A stretch of 59,912 nt of DNA, the filler included. It is 3 parts of 3 records of this genome, joined end to end, with 100 filler letters (N's around TTAATTAATTAA, not from the genome) between each part and the next. Parts side by side here need not be neighbours in the genome. Positions count along the whole stretch, not along the records: positions 39,772 to 59,912 come from SRR22947725_2455; 2 more parts are not named here. The stretch is one strand, 5' to 3'. The translations under genes and the position numbers were made by a program. The notes under the pieces are model-generated. The model was not told the DNA's origin. It saw nothing but the letters and a program-made list of their open reading frames with translations, and searched no databases. Positions 46,488-56,857 of this stretch are shown here, one piece after another. The stretch's first letter is position 1. Each line of letters starts with the position of its first letter.

Positions 46488-48812
46488 ATGAGTTCTACTT
46501 TTAAGTATAGGGCATTTCTAACTTATGCTCACAAAGATGAGGAAAAAGCACGTTGGCTGCGTAAGAAATTAGAAGACTTTAGAGTACCAAAACATTTGAT
46601 TGGGCAAAACAGCCCTTTTGGCACTGTCCCTGGTAGACTTTATCCTATATTCAGAGACAGAGATGAATTGGCAGGTGCAGCACAGTTGGGTCCCCTGATT
46701 GAACAGGCTCTTAAGGACTCATCCCATCTTATCATTTTGTGTTCTCCCCACGCAGTTCAATCACGATGGGTAAATGAAGAGATTCGAATGTTCAAAGCGA
46801 TGGGGAAAGAAAATCGCGTTCTCTGCCTAATCCTTTCAGGAGAGCCTATGTCCGAAGATGCAAAGGGTGAAAGTAAAAATGAGTGTATTCCCCTCGCTGC
46901 GAGAAGACTAGTAAATGCAGAGGGTGAAATTACCGATCAAAAACATGAACCAGCCGCCGCCGATTTACGAGAAACAGCAGACGGCGAGAAAAATTCTTTG
47001 CTTAAATTAGTCGCTGGTTTGATTGGGGTGGGACTTGATGATCTCAAACAGAGGGATTTACTGGCTAGGCAAAAAAGGCTCGCACGAATTGCCTTTGTTT
47101 CCGCCATTCTAGCAATCTCTGCAATTTCACTTGCTGTATATGCGATGTTTCAACAACAACAGGCTAAAATAGCCCGGGCAAATGCTGAAATTGAAAAACA
47201 ATTAGCAATGGTAGAGTTGGCAAAAACGCAGACTATCACTGCTTTTGTTCAAAATCTTTTCATATCCCTTGACCCCCAAAACACCGCGGGAATGGATACA
47301 CAATTACTAAAAACAATGCTGGACCAAGGATCAAGAAGGGCCAACGAACTCGCAGAAAAACCGGAAATAGAAGCTAAAATCAGACTATGCCTGGGGCAGA
47401 CATACCGATCTATTCGATCGTATGAAAAAGCCGAAATTGAACTTGAACGGGTATTAACTCTTTATCATCGTCCGGATCAGTTAAATCTGACTATTCGGCT
47501 ACATGCAATGAACGAAATTGCCATGGTGCATGAAGCCCTTGGAAATTATGTCGAGGCAGAGCCAATGCTTGAAGAACTCCTTCAAAGGAGAACTCAATCA
47601 TTGGGAGCGAACCATAATGATGTCATTGATGCCCAAATCGACCTGGCCATTGTCTATCGTAGAATTGGTAAATTAGAACAGGCAGAAAATCGCTGTACCC
47701 AATCATTATCCCTCTTAAATGATCAGAATCGTACGCAAGACGATCCAATGTTGCTTCGTTGTATGACCGAACTTTCCAGGATTTACCTGGCGAGTGACAA
47801 GATTCAACAGGCGGAAAGCCTCGCTCGAAATACCTACGAACGCTCGAGACTACGCTTTGGAGCCAACAACCCCAAGAGTTTACGAAGAGGACAAGTTTTA
47901 GTGGAATGCTTAGGAAAACTAGGCAGATTAGATGATGCTCAGGACCTCTCGACTCAAATTGTATCAAAATTACAGTTGGCACTAGGGCAAAGCCACCCTG
48001 ATACGTTGGGAGCAATGGATTCTCTGGCCAATATTGCAGCGGCTCGAAATGATTTCAATCTAGCACTCGAACAGTACCTTCAAATACTAAAGCTTAAAGA
48101 AGAGGAACTCGGTTCGATGCATCCGGAAACTCTCAACACCCTCAATGCAACAGCCGAAATTTATCGAAAGCTTGATATGCTCGAAGAGGCAAAGAAGGCA
48201 CAATACACCGTCTATCAACGCTTGCAGGAAAAATACGGCCACGAACACCCCGAGACTCTAAGATCCATGAATGAATTAGCTGACTTACATCTAGAGTTAG
48301 GAGAAGAAGACAGTGCCTTTTCAATCAGCGAAAGAGCCCTTGCCATTGAGAGGGCAATTATGGGAGAGAAGGATCCAATGACTCTCAATACATTATTTAG
48401 AATTGGTAAATTACACTACCTCGCCCAGCGTACTGATGAGGCAATGGTTATCTTAGGCGAAACTCTTTCAAAACAAGAGAAGCTTCTAGGCTTTGATAAT
48501 GCAGAAGTTACTTTAACCCGTGACCTCCTGAACCAAATTCTGGGGGAAAGAGCAACTGCGATCAAGGTTACAGAAGATGTTTACCCCACCACTGAGGATC
48601 CAGAAGTCCAGTCCCCCTTACCTGATTTCCTTCGTCCGAAAGATCAAAACATTGCTCCTCCCCTGCCCCCTATTCTAGAAAAAAATTCAACTCTAGTGGA
48701 AGACACAATTGAAGATAAACCAAAGACCGTTGAGAAAGAAGGAGGGTTTTTCAAAAGCCTAAAAAGGACCTTACAAATCGGACCCGATACAAGAGACGAG
48801 ACTGCTGAGTAA
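46488..48812 (+). CDS. TIR domain - transmembrane helix - TPR repeat protein
   Basis: AFLTYAH.D, IFRDRDEL, ILCSP...SRWVNEEI (TIR_2); TM at about 47088-47150; about 42-aa TPRs with LG..HP.TL motifs. Confidence 0.88.
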   Translation: MSSTFKYRAFLTYAHKDEEKARWLRKKLEDFRVPKHLIGQNSPFGTVPGRLYPIFRDRDELAGAAQLGPLIEQALKDSSHLIILCSPHAVQSRWVNEEIRMFKAMGKENRVLCLILSGEPMSEDAKGESKNECIPLAARRLVNAEGEITDQKHEPAAADLRETADGEKNSLLKLVAGLIGVGLDDLKQRDLLARQKRLARIAFVSAILAISAISLAVYAMFQQQQAKIARANAEIEKQLAMVELAKTQTITAFVQNLFISLDPQNTAGMDTQLLKTMLDQGSRRANELAEKPEIEAKIRLCLGQTYRSIRSYEKAEIELERVLTLYHRPDQLNLTIRLHAMNEIAMVHEALGNYVEAEPMLEELLQRRTQSLGANHNDVIDAQIDLAIVYRRIGKLEQAENRCTQSLSLLNDQNRTQDDPMLLRCMTELSRIYLASDKIQQAESLARNTYERSRLRFGANNPKSLRRGQVLVECLGKLGRLDDAQDLSTQIVSKLQLALGQSHPDTLGAMDSLANIAAARNDFNLALEQYLQILKLKEEELGSMHPETLNTLNATAEIYRKLDMLEEAKKAQYTVYQRLQEKYGHEHPETLRSMNELADLHLELGEEDSAFSISERALAIERAIMGEKDPMTLNTLFRIGKLHYLAQRTDEAMVILGETLSKQEKLLGFDNAEVTLTRDLLNQILGERATAIKVTEDVYPTTEDPEVQSPLPDFLRPKDQNIAPPLPPILEKNSTLVEDTIEDKPKTVEKEGGFFKSLKRTLQIGPDTRDETAE

Positions 48813-48817
48813 ATAGC

Positions 48818-49483
48818 ATGGCATTAGGGGGGGTAATTTTTGATTGGGATGGAGTAGTAATTAATTCAGCATCTTTGCATGAGAAAAGCTGGGAGATGCT
48901 CGCCAATGAACTCGGTCTCAGCCTACCGAAAGACCACTTTATTCTTGGATTTGGAAAGAGAAATGAAATTATAATCCCCCAGATCCTAAAATGGACACAA
49001 AATAAAGATGAAATTTCGTTATGGGGAAAAAGGAAAGAAGAATTATACCGAGATTTGGGAAAAGCTGAGGGAATTCCAATCTTGGAAGGAGTTCGTACAC
49101 TTCTTCAATCATTGGCAAGAGAGGAAATTCCCTGTGTAATTGGAACTTCGACTGAGAAGAACAATCTTTCTCTTGCCTTCGAACAGTTAAAGATTGGTCA
49201 TTTTTTTTCCGGTTCAGTCTGTTCGGAAGATGTAACTCGTGGAAAACCGGATCCTGAGGTATTTCTGAAAGCGGCTCAAATTATCAATCAAGCTCCAGAA
49301 AACTGCGTGGTATTGGAAGACAGTACACACGGCATAGAAGCAGCAATTTCTGGCGGAATGAAAGCACTTGGGCTCTCCACGACGAGAACGGAAACGGAAC
49401 TGTTCGCAAGCGGTGCTCACAAGGTGGTTACCGACCCCACCATGGTAAACATCTCCTTGCTCAATAGCTTATTTATAAATTAA
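48818..49483 (+). CDS. HAD-family phosphatase (beta-PGM/CbbY-like)
   Basis: FDWDGV (DxD), GTS, GKPDPEVF and EDS..GIEAA motifs. Confidence 0.92.
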   Translation: MALGGVIFDWDGVVINSASLHEKSWEMLANELGLSLPKDHFILGFGKRNEIIIPQILKWTQNKDEISLWGKRKEELYRDLGKAEGIPILEGVRTLLQSLAREEIPCVIGTSTEKNNLSLAFEQLKIGHFFSGSVCSEDVTRGKPDPEVFLKAAQIINQAPENCVVLEDSTHGIEAAISGGMKALGLSTTRTETELFASGAHKVVTDPTMVNISLLNSLFIN

Positions 49484-49491
49484 ATGAACCT

Positions 49492-50811
49492 ATGAAAAAG
49501 CTCGCACTTCACTGGAAAATTCTGATCGCCCTACTCCTTGCATTTTCAATTGGCTTATGGGCAAATTTCACCACTGAATCTACAATAGAAAAACCGGCGT
49601 GGTTTGAGAATCTTCACTACTTTACCAATTTCGTGGGAAGTCTATTTCTAAACGCTCTTAAAATGGTTGTTATTCCGCTTGTCATGACTTCGATAATCTG
49701 TGGAGTTGCCAAGATTGGAGAAGATAAAGACTTTGGACGGTTAGGGCTCAAAACACTTTTCTTTTACTCCCTGACCGGACTCCTCGCTGTGGTCGTGGGA
49801 TTACTTTGCGTCAATTTAATCGAACCCGGACAGGTGGATCCAGAAATTCGTGAAAAAATGCTTTCCGGACAAAGTGCCCTTGAAGCTCAAAAGGTGGAAC
49901 GGGCATTTGAGCATGCCGATGGAGGCATGAAAGGCATTCTTGAAATTTTTCAAAGAATGATTCCCCAAAATCTTTTTAAAGCAGCAGTGGAGGGTCAACT
50001 TCTCGGTCTGATATTCTTTAGTTTACTCTTTGGCTTTTTTATTGCCCGGCTTCCCGGAAAATACAAACAAAGCCAGACCATATTTTGGGAAGGTCTCAAT
50101 TCAACCATTCTTGGAATTACGAATTTTGTAATCTCTTTTGCACCCTACGGTGTGTTTGGCTTAGTAACCCCTACCTTGATGATGGTTGGGATTGAAACCA
50201 TTTCCGTGATGGGGACATTTGCTTTAACGGTTCTTCTTGGACTGGCAATTCATAGCTTCCTGGTTCTGCCTATTTTACTTCGAATTCTTGGAAAGATTAA
50301 TTTCTTCCAACACTTTCAAGCACTATCTCCTGCCTTACTAACTGCCTTTTCAACCGCCTCCTCATCAGCAACTCTTCCCGTTACCCTCGATTGTATAACC
50401 AAACGAGCAGGGGTTTCCAAAAAAATTGCTAGCTTCACACTTCCTCTCGGGGCAACTATGAATATGGATGGAACTGCACTCTTTGAGTGCGTGGTGGTGG
50501 TCTTCCTCGCCCAGTTATTTGGTGTGGAAATGACATGGGTTACTCAATCCACAGTTGTAATCATGGCATTACTCACCTCAATAGGAGTTGCCGGGATTCC
50601 CTCAGCCAGTCTCGTTGCAATCATAGTAATTTTACACGCGGTGGGTTTTCCGGATGCTACCATTTCGATCGGAGTGGGTATCGTTTTTGTCGTCGACCGG
50701 CTCCTCGATATGACTCGTACTGCAGTCAATGTACTAGGTGATAGTTGTGCCGCTGCCATTATTGGCAAATCCGAAGGCGAGACTGGATACTACCCGAGTA
50801 ATCCGGGCTGA
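49492..50811 (+). CDS. Dicarboxylate/amino acid:cation symporter (GltP/DAACS)
   Basis: [27 protein letters not shown] and DRLLDM.RTAVN..GD motifs. Confidence 0.94.
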   Translation: MKKLALHWKILIALLLAFSIGLWANFTTESTIEKPAWFENLHYFTNFVGSLFLNALKMVVIPLVMTSIICGVAKIGEDKDFGRLGLKTLFFYSLTGLLAVVVGLLCVNLIEPGQVDPEIREKMLSGQSALEAQKVERAFEHADGGMKGILEIFQRMIPQNLFKAAVEGQLLGLIFFSLLFGFFIARLPGKYKQSQTIFWEGLNSTILGITNFVISFAPYGVFGLVTPTLMMVGIETISVMGTFALTVLLGLAIHSFLVLPILLRILGKINFFQHFQALSPALLTAFSTASSSATLPVTLDCITKRAGVSKKIASFTLPLGATMNMDGTALFECVVVVFLAQLFGVEMTWVTQSTVVIMALLTSIGVAGIPSASLVAIIVILHAVGFPDATISIGVGIVFVVDRLLDMTRTAVNVLGDSCAAAIIGKSEGETGYYPSNPG

Positions 50812-50837
50812 ATTCCTGTACTTAATAAGGGGGTAAT

Positions 50838-52880
50838 ATGGATTTTCGATTACAATCGGATTATCAACCAATGGGTGATCAACCGCAGGCCATAAAAGGA
50901 CTCGTGGAATCAATATCAAAGGGCAACATGGACCAAACCCTCTTGGGTGTTACTGGATCAGGAAAAACTTTCTCCATGGCCAATGTGATCCAGGATTTAC
51001 AACGGCCGGCATTAATTATTTCTCCTAATAAAACTTTAGCTGCTCAATTATATTCAGAATTCAAAGCTTTCTTTCCCAATAATGCCGTAGAATACTTCGT
51101 AAGTTACTATGATTACTATCAACCCGAAGCCTATGTCCCCTCGACCGATACATTTATCGAAAAGGACTCCTCTATTAATGAAGAAATTGAACGCTTACGA
51201 CTGGCAGCGACCAGTTCATTAATTAGCCGTCGCGATGTCATCGTTATTGCCAGTGTTTCGTGTATTTATGGATTAGGTTCACCCGATGATTTTGAGGCAT
51301 TATCTATTGAAATAACCAAAGGGCAAGACCTGGGTAGAGATAACTTACTCGAAGGATTGGTCGAAGCATTGTACAATCGCAATGACATGGAATTAAAAGC
51401 CGGTCGGTTTCGAGTTCGTGGAGATGTAGTCGATTTATTTCCTGCCTATGCAAACAATCCAATTCGCGTGGAATTTTGGGGGGATGAAGTAGAGGACATT
51501 CGTGAAATTGATCCAATTTCAGGAGAAACAATTCGTAAATATGATTCATATCGAGTGTACCCGGCGACACAATATGTTACAACTAAGGACAAGTTGGAGG
51601 TTGGGTGTAAAGCGATTGAAAAAGAACTCGAAGAACAAGTTAAACATTTTGAAGGAAGCAATCTTTTACTGGAGGCCCAACGTATCCGTATGCGTACTGA
51701 ATATGATTTAGAGATGCTTCGAGAAATTGGTTTTTGTAATGGAATTGAAAATTATTCAAGGCACTTATCGGGAAGAAAGCCAGGAGAGCGCCCATGGTGT
51801 CTGATCGACTTTTTCCCCGAAGACTTTCTTCTCTTTATTGATGAAAGTCATGCATCAATTCCTCAAATTGGGGGAATGTTTAAAGGGGACCTTTCAAGAA
51901 AGCAGAAACTTGTGGACTTTGGATTTCGCCTCCCGTCTGCCTTGGACAATCGTCCACTTAAACCCGAAGAGTTTGAAAGTGTAACCGGCCAATCTATCTA
52001 TGTCTCGGCCACTCCTGCTGCAGTTGAACTCGAAAAGTCGTCAGTGGTTATGGAACAGCTTATTCGCCCCACTGGTCTACTTGATCCCGAAATGGAAATA
52101 CGTCCGATAAAAGGACAAGTGGAAGACTGTATCGGGGAAATCAAAAAAGTGGTCAAACAGGGCTATCGAATTTTGGTGACCACCTTAACCAAAAGAATGA
52201 CTGAGGACTTAGCCGAATTCCTAAGAGATCACGAAATAAAAGTCGAATACCTACACTCCGATATTGATGCGATTGAACGGGTAGAAATTCTCAGAAGTCT
52301 TCGAGCTGGAACTTTCGACGTGCTGGTAGGAGTCAATCTATTACGGGAAGGTTTAGATTTACCGGAAGTGGCATTGGTCATTGTGCTGGATGCAGATAAA
52401 GAGGGATTTCTTCGTAGCGAGACCAGCTTGATCCAAACTGCCGGAAGGGCTGCAAGGCATGAAAAGGGAAGAGTGATCTTTTACGCAGATGTAATGACCA
52501 AGTCGATCACCAGGACACTTCAAGTATGCCAATATCGAAGAGACAAGCAAATGGCATATAATGAAGAACATGGTATTACTCCCCAGAGCGTGATTCGACC
52601 TCTACAAGAAAGTTTACGTTCCAAGAAAGAAGAGAGTGAAGATTTATTAGCGGTTTCCGAAAATGTTTCAAAGGAAGATATCCGCAAACTCCTTAAGGAA
52701 CTAGAGAAAGACATGCTCGCAGCAGTAAAGAAATTGGAGTTTGAAAAAGCCGCTCTGCTGCGCGATCAAATCTCTTTTCTCAAGGAAGGTGGGAAAAACC
52801 TTAAAACTGCCCAGACCGGGGGTTACTCTGGGGGAAAGAAGTACGGAAGAAAGAAAAAGTATGGAAAAAAGAAATTCTAA
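50838..52880 (+). CDS. uvrB: Excinuclease ABC subunit UvrB
   Basis: GVTGSGKT, YYDYYQPEAY, DESH, SATP and LREGLDLPEV motifs; C-terminal UVR domain FEKAALLRD. Confidence 0.98.
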   Translation: MDFRLQSDYQPMGDQPQAIKGLVESISKGNMDQTLLGVTGSGKTFSMANVIQDLQRPALIISPNKTLAAQLYSEFKAFFPNNAVEYFVSYYDYYQPEAYVPSTDTFIEKDSSINEEIERLRLAATSSLISRRDVIVIASVSCIYGLGSPDDFEALSIEITKGQDLGRDNLLEGLVEALYNRNDMELKAGRFRVRGDVVDLFPAYANNPIRVEFWGDEVEDIREIDPISGETIRKYDSYRVYPATQYVTTKDKLEVGCKAIEKELEEQVKHFEGSNLLLEAQRIRMRTEYDLEMLREIGFCNGIENYSRHLSGRKPGERPWCLIDFFPEDFLLFIDESHASIPQIGGMFKGDLSRKQKLVDFGFRLPSALDNRPLKPEEFESVTGQSIYVSATPAAVELEKSSVVMEQLIRPTGLLDPEMEIRPIKGQVEDCIGEIKKVVKQGYRILVTTLTKRMTEDLAEFLRDHEIKVEYLHSDIDAIERVEILRSLRAGTFDVLVGVNLLREGLDLPEVALVIVLDADKEGFLRSETSLIQTAGRAARHEKGRVIFYADVMTKSITRTLQVCQYRRDKQMAYNEEHGITPQSVIRPLQESLRSKKEESEDLLAVSENVSKEDIRKLLKELEKDMLAAVKKLEFEKAALLRDQISFLKEGGKNLKTAQTGGYSGGKKYGRKKKYGKKKF

Positions 52881-53640
52881 ACTGTTCGCGTTTATATTCT
52901 TTTTTTTAGCTGCTAGCCTCCTTCGGGGGGAACTTGAATCAAAAAAGAAATTATTATTTTTCTTTGATAAAATTGAAGTAAATGGAAATGTTGATGTTTT
53001 TTTGGTAAAGGGCAAACGTTTGAGGGAAGCGTCTGTTTATGCAGATACAGAGATTATTCAATCGATTAAAACTAAGGTTTCCAGGAAGACACTATTTATC
53101 GATGCAAATAACACCTATAATATAGCTCGTCGGTTACCATTTATAAGACTCAATGCAGAAAGAACTTATCCAGTTGAAATCGTAGTTTCGGTTGAAGAGA
53201 TTCGTGAAATTCGTCTCCTCGGACAGAGTAATCTGACAGCAGAAAATCTGAGAGCCAAAAAAATCTCCTTATTTATGGCAAGTTCCGGAAAACTTCATAT
53301 TGATAACCTAGCTGCCGAAGTATTAAATGTAATCCACGAGGGATCTGGTAACATTTTACTCAAAGGAAATATAAGTGAAGAGATGGAAGTAAAAGTCTCT
53401 GAAAATGGATCGTTCATTGCCGATGAATTGGAAGTAGAACGAGCAACCCTGATACACCAAGGAAATGGAATCGTTCACCTGAAACCTAATAAATGGATGG
53501 ATGCAAGAATTTTGGGGAATGGAAATATTTTTTTACACTCCAAACCTGAGAGATTGATTATTAATAAACAAGGGCTCGGTACGATTAAGGACATCTTACC
53601 CGATTCAGCCCCCCTCTACGATCTCAACAACTCCAAGTAG
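52861..53640 (+). CDS. DUF2807 / GIN-domain (putative adhesin head) beta-helix protein
   Basis: Signal peptide from ATG 52861; FDKIEVNGNVDV then repeating SG/GNG beta-solenoid units. Confidence 0.75.
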   Translation: MEKRNSKLFAFIFFFLAASLLRGELESKKKLLFFFDKIEVNGNVDVFLVKGKRLREASVYADTEIIQSIKTKVSRKTLFIDANNTYNIARRLPFIRLNAERTYPVEIVVSVEEIREIRLLGQSNLTAENLRAKKISLFMASSGKLHIDNLAAEVLNVIHEGSGNILLKGNISEEMEVKVSENGSFIADELEVERATLIHQGNGIVHLKPNKWMDARILGNGNIFLHSKPERLIINKQGLGTIKDILPDSAPLYDLNNSK

Positions 53641-53648
53641 GAAAGAGA

Positions 53649-54494
53649 TTAAATTGTAATTACTTCGCCTTCAATGGCAGGACGAACTCCATCCCTAAGA
53701 GAAGAAACTTCCTTCGCGATTTGATCCATTTTTTCATCATTGTGGGAAGGATCGTGGTGAAAGAGTAATGTCTGTTTTACATTAGCAGCTTCGGCTACCT
53801 TTAGTGCTTCCTGCCAAGTTGAATGCCCCCAACCTTTAAAATTTTGATACTCCTCATTGGTGTAAGCAGAGTCGTACACCATAATATCGGCATTTTTAGC
53901 AAGGGTAACCACATTTTCATCAATCCGATCTTCAAAGTGTTCAGTATCGGTACAAATTGCGATGACCTTGTCGGCAAATTCAATTCGATAGCCACAGGCT
54001 CCGTTGGGGTGATTTAATTGACCGGTTTTAATTGTAATACCGCCCTCCAAAGAAAATTCGTGCCCACAATCGTAGTCGTTAAATGAACATGCTTTTTCAA
54101 TGAGCGCGCTGGGGACTGGAAAGACTGGGTCCTTCATAAGCATTGTCCCTATAATGCCGTGTAAATCATATTTATCTCCTGCAAGGTGACCCGCGTGGAG
54201 GCGAACATTGCTATTGGGATTATACAAAGGAGCAAAAAATGGTAATCCCTGGATGTGATCCATGTGGGTATGAGTAAAAAATAAATCAGCATCGAGCAGA
54301 TTTTTTTCTTCGATCATAATTTTCTTACCCAATAAACGAATACCAGTGCCAGCATCAATAATCACTCGTTTATCACCACAGAAAATTTCAAAGCAAGTAG
54401 TATTACCTCCGTATTTGATCGTATCAGGACCAGGACATGGAATACTTCCGCGCGTCCCCCAAAATTTTATGCTTAATGATGTTGGGCTGTTCAT
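53649..54494 (-). CDS. MBL-fold metallo-hydrolase (RNase Z / phosphodiesterase-like)
   Basis: FWGTRGS, GGNT.C, DAGTG, THTHMDH, HP...GYR, TDTE, GHS and FHHDP motifs. Confidence 0.9.
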   Translation of the reverse strand: MNSPTSLSIKFWGTRGSIPCPGPDTIKYGGNTTCFEIFCGDKRVIIDAGTGIRLLGKKIMIEEKNLLDADLFFTHTHMDHIQGLPFFAPLYNPNSNVRLHAGHLAGDKYDLHGIIGTMLMKDPVFPVPSALIEKACSFNDYDCGHEFSLEGGITIKTGQLNHPNGACGYRIEFADKVIAICTDTEHFEDRIDENVVTLAKNADIMVYDSAYTNEEYQNFKGWGHSTWQEALKVAEAANVKQTLLFHHDPSHNDEKMDQIAKEVSSLRDGVRPAIEGEVITI

Positions 54495-54571
54495 AAAAGA
54501 AATTTATAATAATTTAGATGAAAAAAACTACACTTGGCAACAACGAATCTTACCTACCCTATTAGTAAACT

Positions 54572-55552
54572 CTATTCTCGATCAATCCAATTCCCATTTT
54601 CATCTTGGAATGAATTTGTTAAAACTCCTTCTCCCCAGTCGTAAAAGCCTTCTATTGCCAATCCCTGGAGAAACTTTCCAGTATAACTTGTACCATCCCC
54701 AAAATCGAGGGTACCAGCACCCTGTTTCTCTCCATTTGACCAAGATCCACTGTATACAACTCCGGATTGATCGGTCTGAACTCCTTGACCATTGGGCACT
54801 CCGGATAAAAATCCACCCGAGTAAACCGAACCGTCATTTTCAGTTAAAATACCGTATCCAGAAAATTCCCCCTCTTTAAATGACCCGGTATAAATACTTC
54901 CATCTGCAGTTCTCAACATGCCCTTTCCCCAATATATGTTTTTTTGAAACCTTCCCGTGTAATGATCTCCATTAATCGAGAGTAAACTACCATAAGAAAA
55001 AACTCCCTCCCCTGCAAAACTTCCGGAGTATTCAGCACCATCCTCTAACCTCATCGTGCCCTCTTCTAAATAATCTTTATTCCATTTCCCCGACATTATT
55101 ACTCCATTTGAACTTTGGTATTCACCATAATTAAGATTATCATTCTTCCAGTCCCCGACCAATCGAGAAGAATCTTCCAATATTAATGTACCAAAACCAT
55201 ACCTTTTCCCACTTCTCCAATTCCCGACATATCGATCTAATTTAGATTCAGACTTATACCTCATTGTACCATGTCCATGTGCAAAACCATCTGTATGTTG
55301 CCCTTCAAAGATATCTCCGTTTACCAGATTATGGGTACCAAAACCATTTGGCTTACCCTTCACTAATTCTCCCTCATATATTGAACCATCTTTAAATACA
55401 TGTCTTCCACGCATTGCTTCTTTATTAAGAGTAATTGATTCCCGTGAAGATGAAACTTCAATTTCATCTTCTTGTTGGGTACAACCGAAAAAAAGCCAAT
55501 TAAGGAGAATACTGAGACTGAACAGGGAGAGTTTTAACTGAGTACAATACAT
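54572..55552 (-). CDS. MORN-repeat lipoprotein
   Basis: Lipobox FFGC; about ten Y.G.F..G...G.G repeats of about 23 aa. Confidence 0.88.
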   Translation of the reverse strand: MYCTQLKLSLFSLSILLNWLFFGCTQQEDEIEVSSSRESITLNKEAMRGRHVFKDGSIYEGELVKGKPNGFGTHNLVNGDIFEGQHTDGFAHGHGTMRYKSESKLDRYVGNWRSGKRYGFGTLILEDSSRLVGDWKNDNLNYGEYQSSNGVIMSGKWNKDYLEEGTMRLEDGAEYSGSFAGEGVFSYGSLLSINGDHYTGRFQKNIYWGKGMLRTADGSIYTGSFKEGEFSGYGILTENDGSVYSGGFLSGVPNGQGVQTDQSGVVYSGSWSNGEKQGAGTLDFGDGTSYTGKFLQGLAIEGFYDWGEGVLTNSFQDENGNWIDRE

Positions 55553-55554
55553 TT

Positions 55555-56820
55555 TTAATAACTAATACTTTTACTGACCTGAAAAATACTACTTACGATT
55601 GATATTGCAACTAAGGCGACTAAAGAAAAAGCGAAGCCGAGAGCACCTCCGGAAACTAATGTCGTCATTGTCTTTATTTTCTTCGTTAATTGTTCACGAA
55701 ATGAATGGCTACTATCTTCCATGCTGTTACCCAGATTTCCAGTTCGCTCACCCACTTCAAGAATATCGAGTTGCATTAATGGCATAAGTTTAAATTTACG
55801 CAGAGCTTCGGGAAGAGATTTCCCTTCATTTACCAAGGCCCGAGCCGAGCGAAAACGGGCTCTTATATATCGATTGCGAATTGTTTTCTCACACAAACGC
55901 AAGTTTTCAGTTAAGCCAATCCCACTCCAAATCAAAGTGGAAAGCAAACTTGCCAACTGGAACATTTCAGACAGATATATAATATTCCCAAAGAGTGGGA
56001 GTTTGAGCATGGTTTGGTCAAAAGTCATCCCCCCTTTTTCTGTCTTACTCCATTGAATTATAGTTCCCGAGGCAATTAATAAACCAATCAGAACGAATGG
56101 CCCCACTGCGAGTACCCAGTTTGAACCATTGATCAAAACTCGTGCCATAAGGTTTAACTCACCGCCAAGGGATGCAAGCATTTCTTCGATTTGAGGCAGT
56201 AAGAAAAAGAGAAAGAATAAAACGACCCCAAATGCAACCAAACCCACAAATACTGGGTACGCCATGCTGCCAAGAACCTTCGATTTTATTTCTCTTTTCT
56301 CCTCCAAGTGAGAAATAATTTTTTTTAATATGGGAGAAACATTTCCAGTCGCCTCTCCTGCCTCAATTACGAAACTGGAGGATTCGCTAAAATATTCAGG
56401 TAAGTTTCTCATTGCTCGAGACAATGTTTTCCCTTCCGCCAATTCCTTCCATAAAACACCTGCAATCTCCTTTTGCCCTGGGTCTGATAGTCGTTGATTG
56501 AGCAGTTTAACTGCATCAGCAACCGGCATTCCGCTGCTATGTAATTCTAATAATCTTTTGAGAAATTCTAAACCAATCTTCTCCCCTTTTCCACGAACTC
56601 CTTTTTTCGTTTCATTGAAAGCCTTCTTTTTAGAACTAGATATTTTTTTCGTCTTCTTTTTATCTTTTTCTAACCCTCCCCCAGAAACTGACTTAATTTG
56701 AAGAGGGGTTAATCCTTTCTGCCTAATTTTCTGGCGTGCTTGCTTTGCATCATTCGCTGCAATCTCACCAGGCAGGGTCTTCCCCTTTGAATCGATTGCA
56801 ACATATTTGAATTTGGCCAT
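55555..56820 (-). CDS. Type II secretion/type IV pilus inner-membrane platform (GspF/PilC)
   Basis: F.Y.A.D..G start, SG.P...A, AGEATG, YP, GERTG and three TM segments. Confidence 0.9.
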   Translation of the reverse strand: MAKFKYVAIDSKGKTLPGEIAANDAKQARQKIRQKGLTPLQIKSVSGGGLEKDKKKTKKISSSKKKAFNETKKGVRGKGEKIGLEFLKRLLELHSSGMPVADAVKLLNQRLSDPGQKEIAGVLWKELAEGKTLSRAMRNLPEYFSESSSFVIEAGEATGNVSPILKKIISHLEEKREIKSKVLGSMAYPVFVGLVAFGVVLFFLFFLLPQIEEMLASLGGELNLMARVLINGSNWVLAVGPFVLIGLLIASGTIIQWSKTEKGGMTFDQTMLKLPLFGNIIYLSEMFQLASLLSTLIWSGIGLTENLRLCEKTIRNRYIRARFRSARALVNEGKSLPEALRKFKLMPLMQLDILEVGERTGNLGNSMEDSSHSFREQLTKKIKTMTTLVSGGALGFAFSLVALVAISIVSSIFQVSKSISY

Positions 56821-56857
56821 TAAGAGATAAGTTCCCGAGATTGGAGTAGTTTAAACA

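Noticed and set aside
46488-48812. Calling the TIR gene a Thoeris, CBASS, Pycsar or Avs system
   Set aside because: No ThsA, cyclase or STAND NTPase gene or domain is present nearby.
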